NCBI GenBank assembly: GCA_963735035.1
Contig: CAVTJJ010000004.1
Location: 352,001 to 416,000, forward strand
Length of the DNA stretch: 64,000 nucleotides
From: an uncultured candidate division Zixibacteria bacterium
GTDB lineage: Bacteria; Zixibacteria; MSB-5A5; GN15; FEB-12
Direction of reading: 5' to 3'
Made by a program: the position numbers and the translations under genes. Below are positions 22,200 to 33,237 of the stretch, in pieces (within the stretch, counting starts at the first letter, position 1; every line of letters starts with the position of its first letter). The notes under the pieces are model-generated. The model did not search any database, was not told where the DNA came from, and saw only the letters and a list, made by a program, of their open reading frames with translations.

Positions 22200-22436
22200 A
22201 TGACTACTAAGAAAACCGTGATCGTCTATACATATTTGTTCCTCGCGGCATTTGCATTTGCCGTAGGATTCAATATGAATGCCAACGCGGTTCCTGGAGG
22301 GTGCTGTGTGCAAATGTGCGACCATCCATATGAGGATTACCCTTCCTATGAAGGCTGTCCTGATCCTATTTATGGCTGTCGTTCTACGACGTGTCGGGAT
22401 TGCATGAATCCTCACACGTGGTTGTGTCCGGACTAG
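22200..22436 (+). CDS. Secreted cysteine-rich peptide (8 Cys)
   Basis: GAGGAGGTGA RBS, 30-aa signal ending ANA, 48-aa mature region with 8 Cys. Confidence 0.8.
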   Translation: MTTKKTVIVYTYLFLAAFAFAVGFNMNANAVPGGCCVQMCDHPYEDYPSYEGCPDPIYGCRSTTCRDCMNPHTWLCPD

Positions 22437-22542
22437 TGTGAGTGAGTATTAAACGGTGCGGCAGTCAGGTGGCGCATATTCTGATTCATGGTCTTGTTCG
22501 TTTGGTAAGTCAGACCTGGGGCGAAGGTACATAGGTGGAGTC

Positions 22543-24945
22543 ATGCGTTTGGTGAAATGGCCAACGATTCTGTTCGTCTGTATGCTGTACGCTTCAATGC
22601 CGATGGCTGGGGATTATCCATTCAACCTGAGAGCCCACAGCCAAGGTAATTTACAGTTAACAGTCAACCCGAATGGGGGCTGGGGGCAGTTGACTGGGGC
22701 AGAGGGACAATGGATTCCGTTTCCCGATCCGTACACCGGCGACTCGATCTATGGCTGTGTCTATCCTCGGGGCAGCCGCAATATGTTCATTGCTGGTCAA
22801 ATGTGTTTTGGCGCAATCGTCGCACGAGACACTTTGGTTTCAATGTACTGGGACCTGATGGGACTCAGTTCTCCTTGGCGGTCGAGCACCACCTCACCGG
22901 ATAAATCCATTTTTAGCCCTGAAGCCCGGTCAGCCCTCGATCTGGAGATACAGTTTCATGATTCCACTGACGTGTATTTGTATTGGGAGCGGTGGGAGCG
23001 GGAGCGTCATCATCCGCTTGGAGTCACTGTCACACAGCGATCCATGGCCTGGAGTGGCGCTACGATTGATGACTTCGTGCTGTTCGATTATGAAATCGTT
23101 AATCGTGGTATCAATGACTTACATGATTTCTATGTTACATTCTTAGTCAGCGACTACGGGTATGACATGAACGACGGACATCTGATGGGTTACCTTGACA
23201 AGTACAAGGTGCCGGATGCTTGCGATAATTGGGACATCGTGAATTTGGCATATATGATGGACAATGACGGTAACCCTGTCGGTGGCCACTTCACCCCACA
23301 GTCAAAGCGCGGAGCGGTGGGGGTAATGCTCATCGGAGCTTCATCGGATTCTGTAAGAGTCAACTACAACTGGGTGACTTTCGATGCCGCTGAGACAGAG
23401 GATTGGGGTCCGCGCAAACCCGGATCGCTTGACGATCCATTTCGGAGCTTCAATCCGTATTTTGCCTGGCCGGGGCGAAACAACAATTTGTACTATTTGA
23501 TGAGTCATCCTGAACAGGATTACGATCAGATGTTTGCCGCGGTAAATCACTATGGCTGGCTACCGCCGTGGCAGTTCGGCGAACAAATTGCGGCTGGATT
23601 GCCGGGCGCGTTTTTCTATTCTTTCGGTCCTTTTGATATCCCAGTGCGAGAGAAGATCAACTACACTATCGCTGTTGTCGGTGGCGATAACGTCCACTCA
23701 AATCCGAACGCAGTCTTCTATCCCGATAACCCACAGGCGTATTACGATCAACTCGACTTCTCCGAACTTGCCACCAATGCGCAATGGGCGAAATGGGTGT
23801 ACGATAATCCGGGCGTAGACACCGACAGCGACGGGTACTTCGGCGAGTATCGTATCTGTGAAGGCGAAACGACCTGGTACAAAGGCGACGGCGTCCCCGA
23901 CTTTCGTGGCAACACCCCGCCGCCGATCCCGTTCACGCGATATGAAACTGAAGCCGGGAAGATCATTGTCCGCTGGAACGGCTTTCTCTCCGAAACAACG
24001 AAAGACATATTCTCGAATCTGATCGACTTCGAAGGGTATCGAGTATACTGCGGTTTGGACAATCGTCGTACCAGCCTATCACTTCTGACAAGCTATGACA
24101 AACAAGACTGGCTACGCTGGAAGTTCAACTCGTTGGGATCAGGCGAAAGTCGCTGGTTCAACGACGATCCACCGTTCAGTCTTGATTCGCTCCGCACACT
24201 ACATAACAATCCCGATTTCAACCCCAACGACTATCCTCGCCAGAGGCCGTTATTTCAGGGCGACAGCGCCTTCTATTTCTCGGCCGTTGACGAGAACGTG
24301 TACAGTCTGACTACTCCCAACGGCATCCACAAAGCGTATCCGGATGCTATCAACCCCGGCACCGATTCGACCCTCTGGACCGAAGCTGACATAACAACCG
24401 AACATGACGGCCGCAAGTTGCCCAAGTATTACGAATACGAGTACATCATCGACAACCTGTTGCCGACCGTGCCATATTTTGTTGCCGTAACCGTCTTTGA
24501 CTTTGGTTACGCCGGAGGACGCGGCAATATGCCTCCCGACGAAACCAACCCGCTCAATAACGTCACCGAATGTTACGCGCAGACTTCGTCGGAGATAGTC
24601 GAACAAGAGAATCTCGACGCCTATGTCTATCCCAATCCCTACAGAGTTGACGCCAAATATGAGGACGGCGGTTACGAGAACCGCAAGGGGAACATCATCC
24701 CAGACCGGGCGCGACTAATACATTTCGGCAATCTGCCTCGGGTGTGCAAGATCAAAGTGTATTCACTCGACGGCGATCATATTGGCACGATCGATCACAA
24801 TTTCCCCGAGGGCGGCCCTGAGTCGATGCACGACTGGTGGAACCTTGTGAGCCGCTCCGGTCTCGCGGTAGAGTCGGGGCTTTACTACTGGGTCGTTGAA
24901 TCGGCGACCCGCACGCAAATCGGTAAGCTGGTGATATTGAAGTGA
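22543..24945 (+). CDS. Large secreted protein with Fn3-like region and YPNP-type C-terminal sorting-like domain
   Basis: Signal peptide; DFEGYRVY, YFVAVTVFD and VYPNPYR...SGLYYWVVES...IGKLVILK. Confidence 0.8.
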   Translation: MRLVKWPTILFVCMLYASMPMAGDYPFNLRAHSQGNLQLTVNPNGGWGQLTGAEGQWIPFPDPYTGDSIYGCVYPRGSRNMFIAGQMCFGAIVARDTLVSMYWDLMGLSSPWRSSTTSPDKSIFSPEARSALDLEIQFHDSTDVYLYWERWERERHHPLGVTVTQRSMAWSGATIDDFVLFDYEIVNRGINDLHDFYVTFLVSDYGYDMNDGHLMGYLDKYKVPDACDNWDIVNLAYMMDNDGNPVGGHFTPQSKRGAVGVMLIGASSDSVRVNYNWVTFDAAETEDWGPRKPGSLDDPFRSFNPYFAWPGRNNNLYYLMSHPEQDYDQMFAAVNHYGWLPPWQFGEQIAAGLPGAFFYSFGPFDIPVREKINYTIAVVGGDNVHSNPNAVFYPDNPQAYYDQLDFSELATNAQWAKWVYDNPGVDTDSDGYFGEYRICEGETTWYKGDGVPDFRGNTPPPIPFTRYETEAGKIIVRWNGFLSETTKDIFSNLIDFEGYRVYCGLDNRRTSLSLLTSYDKQDWLRWKFNSLGSGESRWFNDDPPFSLDSLRTLHNNPDFNPNDYPRQRPLFQGDSAFYFSAVDENVYSLTTPNGIHKAYPDAINPGTDSTLWTEADITTEHDGRKLPKYYEYEYIIDNLLPTVPYFVAVTVFDFGYAGGRGNMPPDETNPLNNVTECYAQTSSEIVEQENLDAYVYPNPYRVDAKYEDGGYENRKGNIIPDRARLIHFGNLPRVCKIKVYSLDGDHIGTIDHNFPEGGPESMHDWWNLVSRSGLAVESGLYYWVVESATRTQIGKLVILK

Positions 24946-25512
24946 CAATCCACTTGGTGGACGAGGACGTCCATCACGCACGACGGGTGGGATTCTTATG
25001 CCAACGGCCGAAAGGCCGTCACCCCCGAGGCGTCGGGGGCCCAGTCAAGTTCGCTGTGAAGAGATAGTAGACATCAGGAAAGATGCTCGAAACAATTCTC
25101 TTATTGAAAACTCGCTCTTGTGAACATCCATCTTGACTGGGTTCCTGCCTTCGCAGGAATGACAGGACTCGCGTCCTGTTTCAGAGTCGATCAACCCACA
25201 GCAAGCTGTGGGATACCAGGTACGAGTCGGCAGATGTGGGCTCGCCGCGGCGGACCGGGCACTTTGCACATCAAGCGGCGGGCCGGGCACTCTTCATGAG
25301 CGGGCCACACAACTGTCTTGCCCCGCTTCAGGCGGGGCACCCACTGGCCTTCAACCCCCAGTCAGGCAGAGACGCCTGACCGCACGCGCCTGACCGTACC
25401 TACTGACCACCCCACCCAAGCCGCCCTTTCGCCTCTCCGAAAGTAATTGCGGGGCATTGTCTAAGGTCGTAAGTTCTCTTAAAGAAAATGACCTCTTGCG
25501 CCCGGATACTGC

Positions 25513-26739
25513 ATGTCCTTTGAAACTTACATTGCCCGTCGCTATTTCGGATCCGGGCGCTTCTTCGTCTCTGTTTCCACCTGGATTACAATTCTGGGTG
25601 TCACGGTTGGTGTCGCCGCCGTCTGTTTTGTAACCTCGATGCACAACGGCTTCGAGGCGGAAATCCGCTCCCGTCTGTTGGGTACTTCGTCGCACATCTC
25701 GATCTTCCCCTTTCAAGGCGGTTTCATCACCGATTATCGTGACCTGGTCAACCAACTCGAAAAAGTCGAACACGTCAAAGCGGCGTCGCCATTCATCTTC
25801 TATAAGGCGGCGATTTCGTCAGCGTCGGCCGGCGACGGTATCGTTGTTCGCGGTATCGACCTGGAAAGAGAATCCCGGACGTCGAACATCGAACGCGATA
25901 TCACCGCCGGGGTCTGCAATTTCGAAAAGAGTGTGCTTGGAGAAGACACTTTGCCGGGGATTATTCTCGGCAACGGTCTCGCCGATCAGCTCGGGGTCTA
26001 TCTCGGCGATCCGGTGGTTCTCTACTCGCTCCGAGGAGATGAACTTCGCAAAGGCACCCGCCCACGCGTCGCGAGGTTTCTTGTCACGGGTATCTTCGAG
26101 ACCGGGATGTACGAGTTCGACGGTTCCATGGCCTATATCTCGCTGCCTGATGCCCAGGACCTTTTCAAAACCGGTGACGTCGCTACGGCCGTCCATCTGA
26201 AACTTGACGACATCAACCTGGCGGAACAGATCACCCCCAAAATTGATTCGCTGCTCGGGTTCAAATATGATGTCGTGCCGTGGACCATCATGCACAAGAA
26301 CCTATTTTCCTGGATCGCTATTGAGAAGTTGGCTCTGACAATCGGTTTTTCACTGATTGTCCTGGTGGCCGCCTTTTCGATCATCTCGACCCTGGTAATG
26401 CTGACAATGGAGAAACGGGGTGAGATAGGGATATTGAAAACCATGGGAGCAGTGCCGGCCTCGATACGTAAGATATTCGTATACAAGGGGTTGGCTATTG
26501 CCACGATTGGGGTGCTCGCAGGCTGGACGATCTCCCTGACGGCGGGGTTCATCCAAAACACGTGGAAAGTGGTCTCGCTTCCGCCGGACATATATTTCAT
26601 TACTTTTGTGCCTATCGAATCCCACTGGATGGATTATCTGATTTCCGGCGGCGTGACCTATTTGATCTGTTTTATTGCCGCCCTGATTCCTTCGCAGCAG
26701 GCGGCTAGAATGTCGGTAGTAGACGTACTTCGCCGGTAG
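25513..26739 (+). CDS. lolE: Lipoprotein-releasing ABC transporter permease (LolC/E)
   Basis: SMHNGFE, GIFETGMYEFD and EKRGEIGILKTMGA. Confidence 0.9.
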   Translation: MSFETYIARRYFGSGRFFVSVSTWITILGVTVGVAAVCFVTSMHNGFEAEIRSRLLGTSSHISIFPFQGGFITDYRDLVNQLEKVEHVKAASPFIFYKAAISSASAGDGIVVRGIDLERESRTSNIERDITAGVCNFEKSVLGEDTLPGIILGNGLADQLGVYLGDPVVLYSLRGDELRKGTRPRVARFLVTGIFETGMYEFDGSMAYISLPDAQDLFKTGDVATAVHLKLDDINLAEQITPKIDSLLGFKYDVVPWTIMHKNLFSWIAIEKLALTIGFSLIVLVAAFSIISTLVMLTMEKRGEIGILKTMGAVPASIRKIFVYKGLAIATIGVLAGWTISLTAGFIQNTWKVVSLPPDIYFITFVPIESHWMDYLISGGVTYLICFIAALIPSQQAARMSVVDVLRR

Positions 26740-26832
26740 TTCAAACGTATAAGAGCGCCGGGCTAATGGTTTTGGCAGAAGTGGCGAAAATATAAACAGG
26801 GCTTGAAAAATCGGACTTTTACCGGACGAGGC

Positions 26833-27528
26833 ATGGAGAGCAATAATACCATACTTGCAGCAACTGATATAACCCGGGAGTTCCGGACGGTCGAAGGGAC
26901 TCTTCCGGTGCTAAAGGGTATCTCGCTGGAAGTGAATCGGGGACAGATGGTTGCCGTCACAGGCGCGTCCGGGGTTGGCAAGTCCACCCTGCTGCACGTC
27001 CTGGGTGGTTTGGATCGCCCGACCTACGGACAGGTGGTGGTTTCCGGTACTTCTTTCGTGGGCCTTTCGGAAGCTGATTTGGCGCGGTTCCGCAACCGTA
27101 AAGTAGGGTTTGTGTTCCAATTTCACTACCTTCTTGACGATTTCAACGCCCTGGAAAACGTCATGATTCCCATGATCTTAGGTGGACGATCGCACCCTGA
27201 GGCCGCGCAGCGCGGGGAACAGCTTCTCGCACAAGTTGGTTTAGAAGATAGGATGACGCATCGACCTAAAGAACTCTCCGGCGGTGAACAACAGCGCGTG
27301 GCGGTGGCTCGCGCGCTCGCTAATGAGCCGGATGTGGTTCTGGCCGATGAACCTTCCGGTAATCTCGATACCGCCACCGGCCGAAAACTACATGAGTTGA
27401 TGTTTCGCTTGAACGAGGCCAACGGCACCACTTTTGTAGTGGCCACGCACAACCGCGAACTGGCGGATCGATGTAACCTCGAGTTTCAATTGGTCGAAGG
27501 TCGTCTGGCTCAGACCGTAAGCAGGTGA
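26833..27528 (+). CDS. lolD: Lipoprotein-releasing ABC transporter ATPase
   Basis: GASGVGKST, GFVFQFHYLL, LSGGEQQRV and DEPSGNLD. Confidence 0.92.
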   Translation: MESNNTILAATDITREFRTVEGTLPVLKGISLEVNRGQMVAVTGASGVGKSTLLHVLGGLDRPTYGQVVVSGTSFVGLSEADLARFRNRKVGFVFQFHYLLDDFNALENVMIPMILGGRSHPEAAQRGEQLLAQVGLEDRMTHRPKELSGGEQQRVAVARALANEPDVVLADEPSGNLDTATGRKLHELMFRLNEANGTTFVVATHNRELADRCNLEFQLVEGRLAQTVSR

Positions 27529-27533
27529 TGTAT

Positions 27534-28070
27534 ATGTTGTGTCAGGATTGCAAGAAGCGCGAAGCGCAGGTTCATCTGACTCAGATCATTAATAACGAAA
27601 AGCTTTCGCTTTCGCTCTGCAAGGAATGTGCGGCCGCTCGTGGCTTCCATTCGCCGTTGGACAACGTCCCGTTTCCGCTGGCCGAGATTCTTTCCGGTCT
27701 GGCCAATCCGGGTGGCGAGCTCAGCAAGAACGATCCCCAGGATAATCTGGCCTGCTCGATGTGCGGTCTGACTTTCAACGAGTTCACCCGCCAGGGTCGA
27801 TTTGGATGCGGCGAATGCTACACCGCTTTCAGGAATCGGCTGGAACCGATCATGCGCAAGATTCACGGCGCGTCACTCCATCGCGGACGTAATCCGCACT
27901 ATGTACATGTGGATGATGCCGCCGCTTTGCCGATAAAGGAAGAAGAACGTTTAGAGACTGAACTCACCAAGGCAATCGCGGCCGAGGATTTCGAGCGCGC
28001 CGCCGAGTTGAGAGATAAGTTGAAAACGGTTCGTGAGAAGATCGGCGTTGAAGAAGCATCGAAAGGCTGA
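27534..28070 (+). CDS. mcsA: McsA, activator of the protein arginine kinase
   Basis: Four CxxC motifs, GRFGCGECY and a UVR domain (EDFERAAELRD). Confidence 0.92.
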   Translation: MLCQDCKKREAQVHLTQIINNEKLSLSLCKECAAARGFHSPLDNVPFPLAEILSGLANPGGELSKNDPQDNLACSMCGLTFNEFTRQGRFGCGECYTAFRNRLEPIMRKIHGASLHRGRNPHYVHVDDAAALPIKEEERLETELTKAIAAEDFERAAELRDKLKTVREKIGVEEASKG

Positions 28071-28082
28071 GTGTTGACTACG

Positions 28083-29141
28083 ATGTTCGAAGAAATGGCA
28101 AAGTCCCCGGCCGCCTGGCTCTCAGGGCAGGGCGAAGAGGCCCTGGTGATTTTGTCTACCCGCATACGGCTGGCCCGCAATGTCGCCGGCTGCCGCTATC
28201 CTACCACGGCCGACACCGAAACGCGCAAACGGGTGATCGGCTACTTCGATTCGGTTGTTACGCGCACCGAGCAACTGGGCCGGGGACAGTACTATAAGGC
28301 AACCGATCTGGCCGAACTCGATCGCGACTTTCTGATCGAACGCCATCTGATTTCGCCGGCGTTTCTCGACGGCGATATGTCGAAAGCGGTGCTGCTCGGT
28401 TCTCAGGAGCGGATCTCCATTATGGTCAATGAAGAGGATCACCTGCGAATTCAGGCGCTGTCGCCTGGACTCGATCCGCAGGGAGCCTTCGATCTGGCCA
28501 TGAAGTACGAAGTCGAAATCGGCCGCTACATCGAATTCGACTACGACAAGGATTTCGGATACCTGACCGCCTGTCCCACCAATGCCGGAACCGGGATGCG
28601 GGCCTCGGTGTTAATTCATCTGCCGGGCCTCGTGCTGACGCGTGATATCGACCGTGTGATTACACGCATCACCCGGGGCGGCCTGGCGGTGCGCGGCTTC
28701 TACGGCGAAGGCTCCGAGGTACTGGGTAACCTGTTCCAGGTGTCGAACCAGAACACTCTCGGCCTAACCGAAAGCGACATTATCAGCCAGATCGACCGCG
28801 TGGCGCGGGAGATCATCGACGAAGAAGCCAAGGCGCGGGCGCGACTGACCGAGGAAGCGGCCGACATGATCGAAGATAAGATCTGGCGTGCCTTTGGCAT
28901 TCTGAAACACGCCCGCGTGTTGACCAGCGAAGAGGTGATGAACCTCCTCTCGGCCGTCCGGTTGGGCCACGCTATGAAAGTCATTGATTTCCTGAACGTG
29001 GCGCTGATAAACGAAATATTGCTGCTGTCGCAGCCGGCCCATCTCCAGAAGTATTATGGTACGGAGATGGATCATAACAAACGGGATTTTGTTCGCGCTC
29101 AGATGGTTCGCGAAAAACTGCGGCATACGAAAGCGCAGTGA
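28083..29141 (+). CDS. mcsB: Protein arginine kinase McsB
   Basis: STRIRLARN, NEEDHLR, GYLTACPTN and RGFYGEG. Confidence 0.93.
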   Translation: MFEEMAKSPAAWLSGQGEEALVILSTRIRLARNVAGCRYPTTADTETRKRVIGYFDSVVTRTEQLGRGQYYKATDLAELDRDFLIERHLISPAFLDGDMSKAVLLGSQERISIMVNEEDHLRIQALSPGLDPQGAFDLAMKYEVEIGRYIEFDYDKDFGYLTACPTNAGTGMRASVLIHLPGLVLTRDIDRVITRITRGGLAVRGFYGEGSEVLGNLFQVSNQNTLGLTESDIISQIDRVAREIIDEEAKARARLTEEAADMIEDKIWRAFGILKHARVLTSEEVMNLLSAVRLGHAMKVIDFLNVALINEILLLSQPAHLQKYYGTEMDHNKRDFVRAQMVREKLRHTKAQ

Positions 29142-29208
29142 CCAGGCAGGATTGAATGGTGTCACAGGATGACGCTCTGTTGAAAGCAACCTGGAAGGAT
29201 GATATATC

Positions 29209-31680
29209 ATGAATGAAATGTTCACCGAGGCCGCACGTAAGGCAATCGAATACGCCCGCGACGAAGCCTCACGATTGAAACATGACTATATCGGTACCGA
29301 ACACCTTCTGCTCGGGCTAATTCGGCTCGGCGAAGGTCTGGCGGTCGAGATCATCGGAAACCTCGGTCTTGAAATCGAAGACCTGAAGGCGTCCATCGAA
29401 GAGGTGGTCCAACCGTCTGGCGGTACCATGACTATGGGCCAATTGCCGCTGACCGCCCGCGCCAAGAAGACGCTCGAGGTCTCCGGTCAGGAAGCCCGCG
29501 CGCTCAAGTCGAAAGATATCGACACCGAGCATATCCTGCTCGCCCTGCTCAAGGACGAAGAGGGTGTTGCGGCGCAGGTGCTTTCGACGTACGAGATCGA
29601 TTACAAGGAAGCCTACGAGGAACTGAAGAATATCCACGCCGGCAAACCGTCCTCGTTCAAGAAGAAACGCAAAAAATCAAAAACTCCGGCGCTCGATCAT
29701 TTCGGACGCGATCTGACCGAAATGGCCCGCCGGGGCAAGCTCGACCCGATTATCGGACGTGAAGATGAAATCGAACGCGTCTGCCAGGTGCTGTCGCGCC
29801 GCAAGAAGAACAACCCGGTGCTCATCGGCGAACCCGGTGTTGGCAAGACGGCGATTGTCGAAGGACTCGCCCAGCGCGTGGTCGAGGGGAATGTCCCGCA
29901 GACGCTCGAAAACAAGAGAGTCGTTACGCTGGATATGGCGTCGCTCGTGGCTGGTACCAAATATCGCGGCCAGTTCGAAGAACGTCTCAAGGCAGTGATG
30001 AACGAAATCGTAAACGCTGACGACGTGATTATCTTTATCGACGAATTGCATACAATCGTAGGCGCCGGCGGAGCCGAGGGCTCTCTGGACGCTTCGAATA
30101 TCTTCAAGCCGGCCCTGTCTCGCGGCGAACTGCGCTGTATCGGCGCCACGACGCTGAATGAATATCGCAAGTTCATCGAGAAGGACGGAGCTCTGGAACG
30201 GCGTTTCCAGACCGTGATGGTCGATCCGCCGAGCGAGTCCGATACCATCCGGATTCTCAAAGGCCTTCGCGAGCAGTACGAGAAGCACCATCAATTGCGC
30301 ATCTCGGACGAGGCGATTGAAGCGGCCGTTCATCTTTCTAATCGTTACATCTCCGGCAAATTCCAGCCGGATAAAGCCATCGATCTGGTCGACGAGGCTG
30401 GCTCAAGAGCCCATCTGTCGACTTACACGCGTCCCGAGGTATTCAACTCCACCGAGTCACGACTGAACGAGCTGCAGACTCGAAAAGAGGACGCTGTCAA
30501 GAACCAGGCCTTTGAAACCGCGGCTAAACTGCGTGACGAGATCAAAGCCGAAAAAGAGAAACTCTCCAAGCTGCAATCCGACTGGGAGCACCAGCGGCAG
30601 CAGGAGAAGATTGTTCTGACCGCCGACGATGTCGCCTGCGTCCTTTCAAAAATCACCGGCATTCCGCTCTTCCGACTGGAAGAAAAGGAATCCCGGCGGC
30701 TGCTACGGATGGAAGAAGACCTGCAGAAGGTGATCATCGGACAGGACGACGCGATTACGATTATTGCCAAGGCGATTCGTCGCGCCCGCGCCGGGCTGGG
30801 AGATCCAAGTCGCCCGATTGGTACCTTCATCTTCCTCGGTCCGACCGGTGTCGGCAAGACCGAATTAGCCCGTCAACTGGCCAAGTTCCTGTTTGATGAC
30901 GTCGATTCGCTCATCCGTATCGACATGTCGGAGTACATGGAAAAGCACGCCGTCTCGCGTATGATCGGCGCCCCGCCCGGATATGTCGGTTATGAAGAAG
31001 GCGGTCAGTTAACCGAGAAAGTCCGCCGCAAACCGTACTCGGTGGTGTTGCTCGACGAAATCGAGAAGGCGCATCCGGACGTTTTCAATATCTTGTTGCA
31101 GTTGTTCGATGACGGTCAGTTGACCGATTCGTTCGGACGGAAGGTCGATTTCAAGAACACCGTCATCATTATGACCTCGAACATCGGAACGAAACGCATT
31201 CGTGACGACAAGACGGTCGGTTTTGACTCCGCAGCGGTCGATGACTCGTTTGACGGCATGAAGAAGATCATCATCGACGAGGTCAAGAAGCTGTTCAATC
31301 CGGAACTGTTTAACCGTATCGATGAGACGATCGTGTTCCACAAGTTGACTCGCGAACACATCTCGCTGATCATCGATGTTCTGGTGAACGACTTCGCGAA
31401 GCAACTCGCCGAGAAAGGCATCAGCTTCCATCTGACACCGGAGGCGAAGGAATTTCTGACCAACAAGGGATTCGATCCGACCTACGGCGCCCGGCCGCTC
31501 AAGCGCGCCTTACAGCGGTTTCTCGAAGATCCTCTGGCGGAGGAAATTCTCCGGGGCCAGTACGCCGGCGACTGCGATCTGGTGGTCGGCTGCGGCGATG
31601 ATCGCCTGACGTTTCTGTTCAATCGGCCGGATCATAGTTCGGAACGACCGGAACAGAAAGAACCGGAAAAGGTCGGCTGA
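29209..31680 (+). CDS. clpC: ATP-dependent Clp protease ATPase subunit ClpC
   Basis: Clp-N repeats, two AAA+ modules ([16 protein letters not shown]), UVR middle domain and VGF loop. Confidence 0.95.
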   Translation: MNEMFTEAARKAIEYARDEASRLKHDYIGTEHLLLGLIRLGEGLAVEIIGNLGLEIEDLKASIEEVVQPSGGTMTMGQLPLTARAKKTLEVSGQEARALKSKDIDTEHILLALLKDEEGVAAQVLSTYEIDYKEAYEELKNIHAGKPSSFKKKRKKSKTPALDHFGRDLTEMARRGKLDPIIGREDEIERVCQVLSRRKKNNPVLIGEPGVGKTAIVEGLAQRVVEGNVPQTLENKRVVTLDMASLVAGTKYRGQFEERLKAVMNEIVNADDVIIFIDELHTIVGAGGAEGSLDASNIFKPALSRGELRCIGATTLNEYRKFIEKDGALERRFQTVMVDPPSESDTIRILKGLREQYEKHHQLRISDEAIEAAVHLSNRYISGKFQPDKAIDLVDEAGSRAHLSTYTRPEVFNSTESRLNELQTRKEDAVKNQAFETAAKLRDEIKAEKEKLSKLQSDWEHQRQQEKIVLTADDVACVLSKITGIPLFRLEEKESRRLLRMEEDLQKVIIGQDDAITIIAKAIRRARAGLGDPSRPIGTFIFLGPTGVGKTELARQLAKFLFDDVDSLIRIDMSEYMEKHAVSRMIGAPPGYVGYEEGGQLTEKVRRKPYSVVLLDEIEKAHPDVFNILLQLFDDGQLTDSFGRKVDFKNTVIIMTSNIGTKRIRDDKTVGFDSAAVDDSFDGMKKIIIDEVKKLFNPELFNRIDETIVFHKLTREHISLIIDVLVNDFAKQLAEKGISFHLTPEAKEFLTNKGFDPTYGARPLKRALQRFLEDPLAEEILRGQYAGDCDLVVGCGDDRLTFLFNRPDHSSERPEQKEPEKVG

Positions 31681-31740
31681 TAATCATGTGACCAAGTCGG
31701 GTGCGGCACCCGGCGGCGTCCACAAACGTTGAACGTCATG

Positions 31741-31772
31741 AAAGGCAGAGCCAAACTTGGCTCTGCCTTTCT
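31741..31772. terminator. Bidirectional intrinsic terminator
   Basis: AAAGGCAGAGCCAA-AC-TTGGCTCTGCCTTT perfect inverted repeat between convergent genes. Confidence 0.85.
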
Positions 31773-33026
31773 TTATTGTGTAGTGGCGTGAGGGTCGAGT
31801 GATGTCGAGAATACGCCATCATGGTGGCGGAGACGCCTCAACAGGGCAAGGAAACAGAAATACAGTCCCAGCAGACAGATCAAGCGAATCGGCGTGTTCT
31901 TCAGGCCGTGTCCCAGATGATGGCCCGCCACTAGAAGCATGAAGGCGAGTGACAGCCGATCCTTCAGAAGCGAATTTCCCCCGATGTAAAGCTCTCTCCA
32001 GAATCCCAGGATTGCCAGATAAGGGATCGTCTGAAGCAGCAGGTGATGCGCCTCCGACATAGGAAAGGTCAGCGGAATAATCGTTATGATCGCTGCCAGA
32101 ACGACAAAGCGGTGATAGAAGCTCGGACGTGATGACCAGACCGGAGCGTACTTGAGAATCGGTAAGCAGAGAAGGCAAGTCACGATCCCGGCCACCGCCA
32201 GCTTTACCGGAGGATACCATGAGATACTGAACGCGTAGCTGAAAGTTGACAGCAATGAATACGATTTGAACCCGTATTTGGCATCAGCACCGGCCAGATT
32301 CGGTACGACCTGATCAAGAAAGTAGCCGTAGTAATCCAGGCTATGGGGGTTTATCAGATATGGCACAGCCAAATTCAGCGTGACAAGGAAGAGCAGGAAA
32401 TACGGCACTACCCGATATTGCCTCGAGACGAATACGTACAAAAGACAGAGCCCCGGAGCTATCTTAATCGAGGTGGCCATAGCCAGAAACAGTGCCGCCA
32501 GTACTTGATAGTCCTTCTCAAGTAGGAAGAAGAACGCAGCGATGGCACCCAGTACATACAGGTTGACCTGCCCGTTGAGGAACTCGTCCTGAAGGAACGG
32601 ATGCAGCATCAAAACCAGCAGGGCCGCGCCAACGACATTGTTCTTTAGTGCCGACCAGAGCGACGGCAGCCCCAGACTGTGTTTCCAGGTCGCCGCCAGC
32701 GTCAGGAAGAAAGATATCATCGATCCCAGCGACCAGAGACCAATTGACATACCCTTCCAGAATGACCCTGTCTGTAGAAGCGTGAACGGGTAGACGATCA
32801 AGAGCAGGAATTGAGGGTACAAATAGCGTCGGGTTACTTCCTGATAAGGGTTTTCCCCGTTGAAAAACCAGGCCGAAGCGCGAACGTAGGATGTGAAATC
32901 GATCTCGGCGAACTTGAAGAAATTCCTGATCGACTGATAGAAAAAGATTCCCAGTGATACGGCTGCCACAATAGATACCAGCGCCGTGAGCACTTTTGTG
33001 AGCCTGGCGCCCGCGCTCTGAGTCAT
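31773..33026 (-). CDS. GT87 / DUF2029 polyprenol-dependent glycosyltransferase
   Basis: DFTSY, YLYPQF, NGQVN and ATSIKIAPG; many TM helices. Confidence 0.8.
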   Translation of the reverse strand: MTQSAGARLTKVLTALVSIVAAVSLGIFFYQSIRNFFKFAEIDFTSYVRASAWFFNGENPYQEVTRRYLYPQFLLLIVYPFTLLQTGSFWKGMSIGLWSLGSMISFFLTLAATWKHSLGLPSLWSALKNNVVGAALLVLMLHPFLQDEFLNGQVNLYVLGAIAAFFFLLEKDYQVLAALFLAMATSIKIAPGLCLLYVFVSRQYRVVPYFLLFLVTLNLAVPYLINPHSLDYYGYFLDQVVPNLAGADAKYGFKSYSLLSTFSYAFSISWYPPVKLAVAGIVTCLLCLPILKYAPVWSSRPSFYHRFVVLAAIITIIPLTFPMSEAHHLLLQTIPYLAILGFWRELYIGGNSLLKDRLSLAFMLLVAGHHLGHGLKNTPIRLICLLGLYFCFLALLRRLRHHDGVFSTSLDPHATTQ

Positions 33027-33237
33027 TTATTAAGGTAGAATAGGGCGGATGGAGTGTCAAGCCACGGATGGCTCGTCGAACGTCGATCAGGGACTAAAGT
33101 GCTCGCTCATACATCCGATAAGCATACTATAGGGAGTATTTTAGCCTATGACGTGAAGTGGTGGGTTCTCCGGTAAGAACTGCCAGATCGTTTTTCCGGG
33201 CGAACTCCAACTGGTGATTGGGTGAAGGGAAACCCGG

